DNA of 64,000 nucleotides from Callorhinchus milii (taxonomy: Eukaryota). How positions within the stretch are numbered: the first letter of the stretch is position 1; every line of letters begins with the position of its first letter. The DNA lies in NCBI RefSeq assembly GCF_018977255.1, contig NW_024704742.1:1180001-1244000 (forward strand), read 5' to 3'. A program made the position numbers and the translations under genes. Shown here piece after piece: positions 63,020-64,000 of the stretch. Under the pieces are notes generated by a model. That model had not been told where the DNA came from, did not search any database, and saw only the letters and a list, made by a program, of their open reading frames with translations.

Positions 63020-64000
63020 AGCGGTCTACACCAGACTAGAAATATTTAATAAGCAACATTTTTTTTAAACTGGGTTGGGGACATATAACATTTTCAAATA
63101 TAGGTAGGTCTGTGTACACAGTTTATTTAATAAAGTGTTTGTTAAATCAGACAAATACAATGATGCTAGCACGTACAGCAAAAATATATTTTTTGTGTTG
63201 TACAAAATACAATTACAATCATGTACTAAAATGTACACATCTATATATAGTTTCCATTCTTCGTGTTTACATTCAAAGAAAAATGCAACACCGGTCGGTA
63301 CAGTCTGCATTTTCTGGACATTTTCTCCCCACCTGTAAACATTGATCCAAGGCCAAGAGCGCAACTTGGCCCTGATTTTTACACAATGTGCAGTAAGTAG
63401 TGTTAGGGCTCCTGCCGTGCCACAATTCGTTTTAACACACGATCACAGACACACCAACAACGTGAAGAATGGGCCTTGGGTTTCCGACCATTTCAGTGGA
63501 ATCGGAGGAAGAGCAGCGAGAACTGGTGTACGAAAGCGTGCAACGAAAAAAAAATAAGCTTGGCGCACCTAATCCCGTGGAAGCAAAAGAGAGTGAGATA
63601 ATGATTGCAGCGAGCTAGCATTTACACAACTTTTAATCCAACATGCTACGTAGACGATGTTACTTTCTTGTAATTTTAAGTCATTTTGACAGCTGCCCGG
63701 CACAAAAGGATCACTGAATGCCCAAATATCACTGTAAACCTGTAAAGGTTCGTGCAATGTCACACATATCTAGTAAACACAATACTTGGTGCAGTGCTCT
63801 CTCCCATTGGTATTGGTACCACCAGACAACTGCTGGCGGATATCCAGGATTCCTTCTTGCACATAAGAGTGCAACAGGTTGCCTATTACACTGGTCATCC
63901 ACATCACCGACACGACGAGTGTCCGCGAGGGTCATTTTGAAAGAAATGAGCAAAAAAAGTAGATTTCCTGAGACAGGCCTGCGGGGGACAGATAGGAGAT
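63020..64000 (-). other. Probable 3' UTR and poly(A) region of a convergent minus-strand gene whose CDS lies outside the window
   Basis: Nearly repeat-free; AU-rich with TGTA motifs on the minus strand; minus-strand AATAAA at 63127-63122 and ATTAAA at 63050-63045, followed by a U/GU-rich tract. Confidence 0.45.

Overview
Vertebrate genomic DNA; the tRNA-SINE, L2 and CR1 repeat landscape suggests a cartilaginous fish, probably a holocephalan (inference). The window holds two small-HERC (RCC1-like domain + HECT E3 ligase) genes arranged head-to-head. (1) A complete HERC3 on the + strand: 24 coding exons from 24256 to 53580, all GT-AG with consistent phases, 1052 aa. (2) The 5' half of a more divergent HERC5/HERC6-like paralog on the - strand: 11 coding exons from 12248 down to 67, continuing past the left edge, with the same intron phases. 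The 12 kb between the start codons holds a hexamer repeat, an ATT tract, a ~4.7 kb minisatellite, a CCAAT/GC-box CpG promoter, a TG/TA microsatellite and a CpG-rich region. Each ~34-bp minisatellite unit carries a PBX-PREP/MEIS decamer plus a KLF/SP box. Intron 1 of the paralog contains a cluster of ISRE/IRF motifs. Introns and flanks carry many SINE, L2 and CR1 fragments and one hAT transposase remnant. The last ~1 kb looks like the 3' UTR of a convergent - strand gene. All calls come from manual reading; no database search was run.
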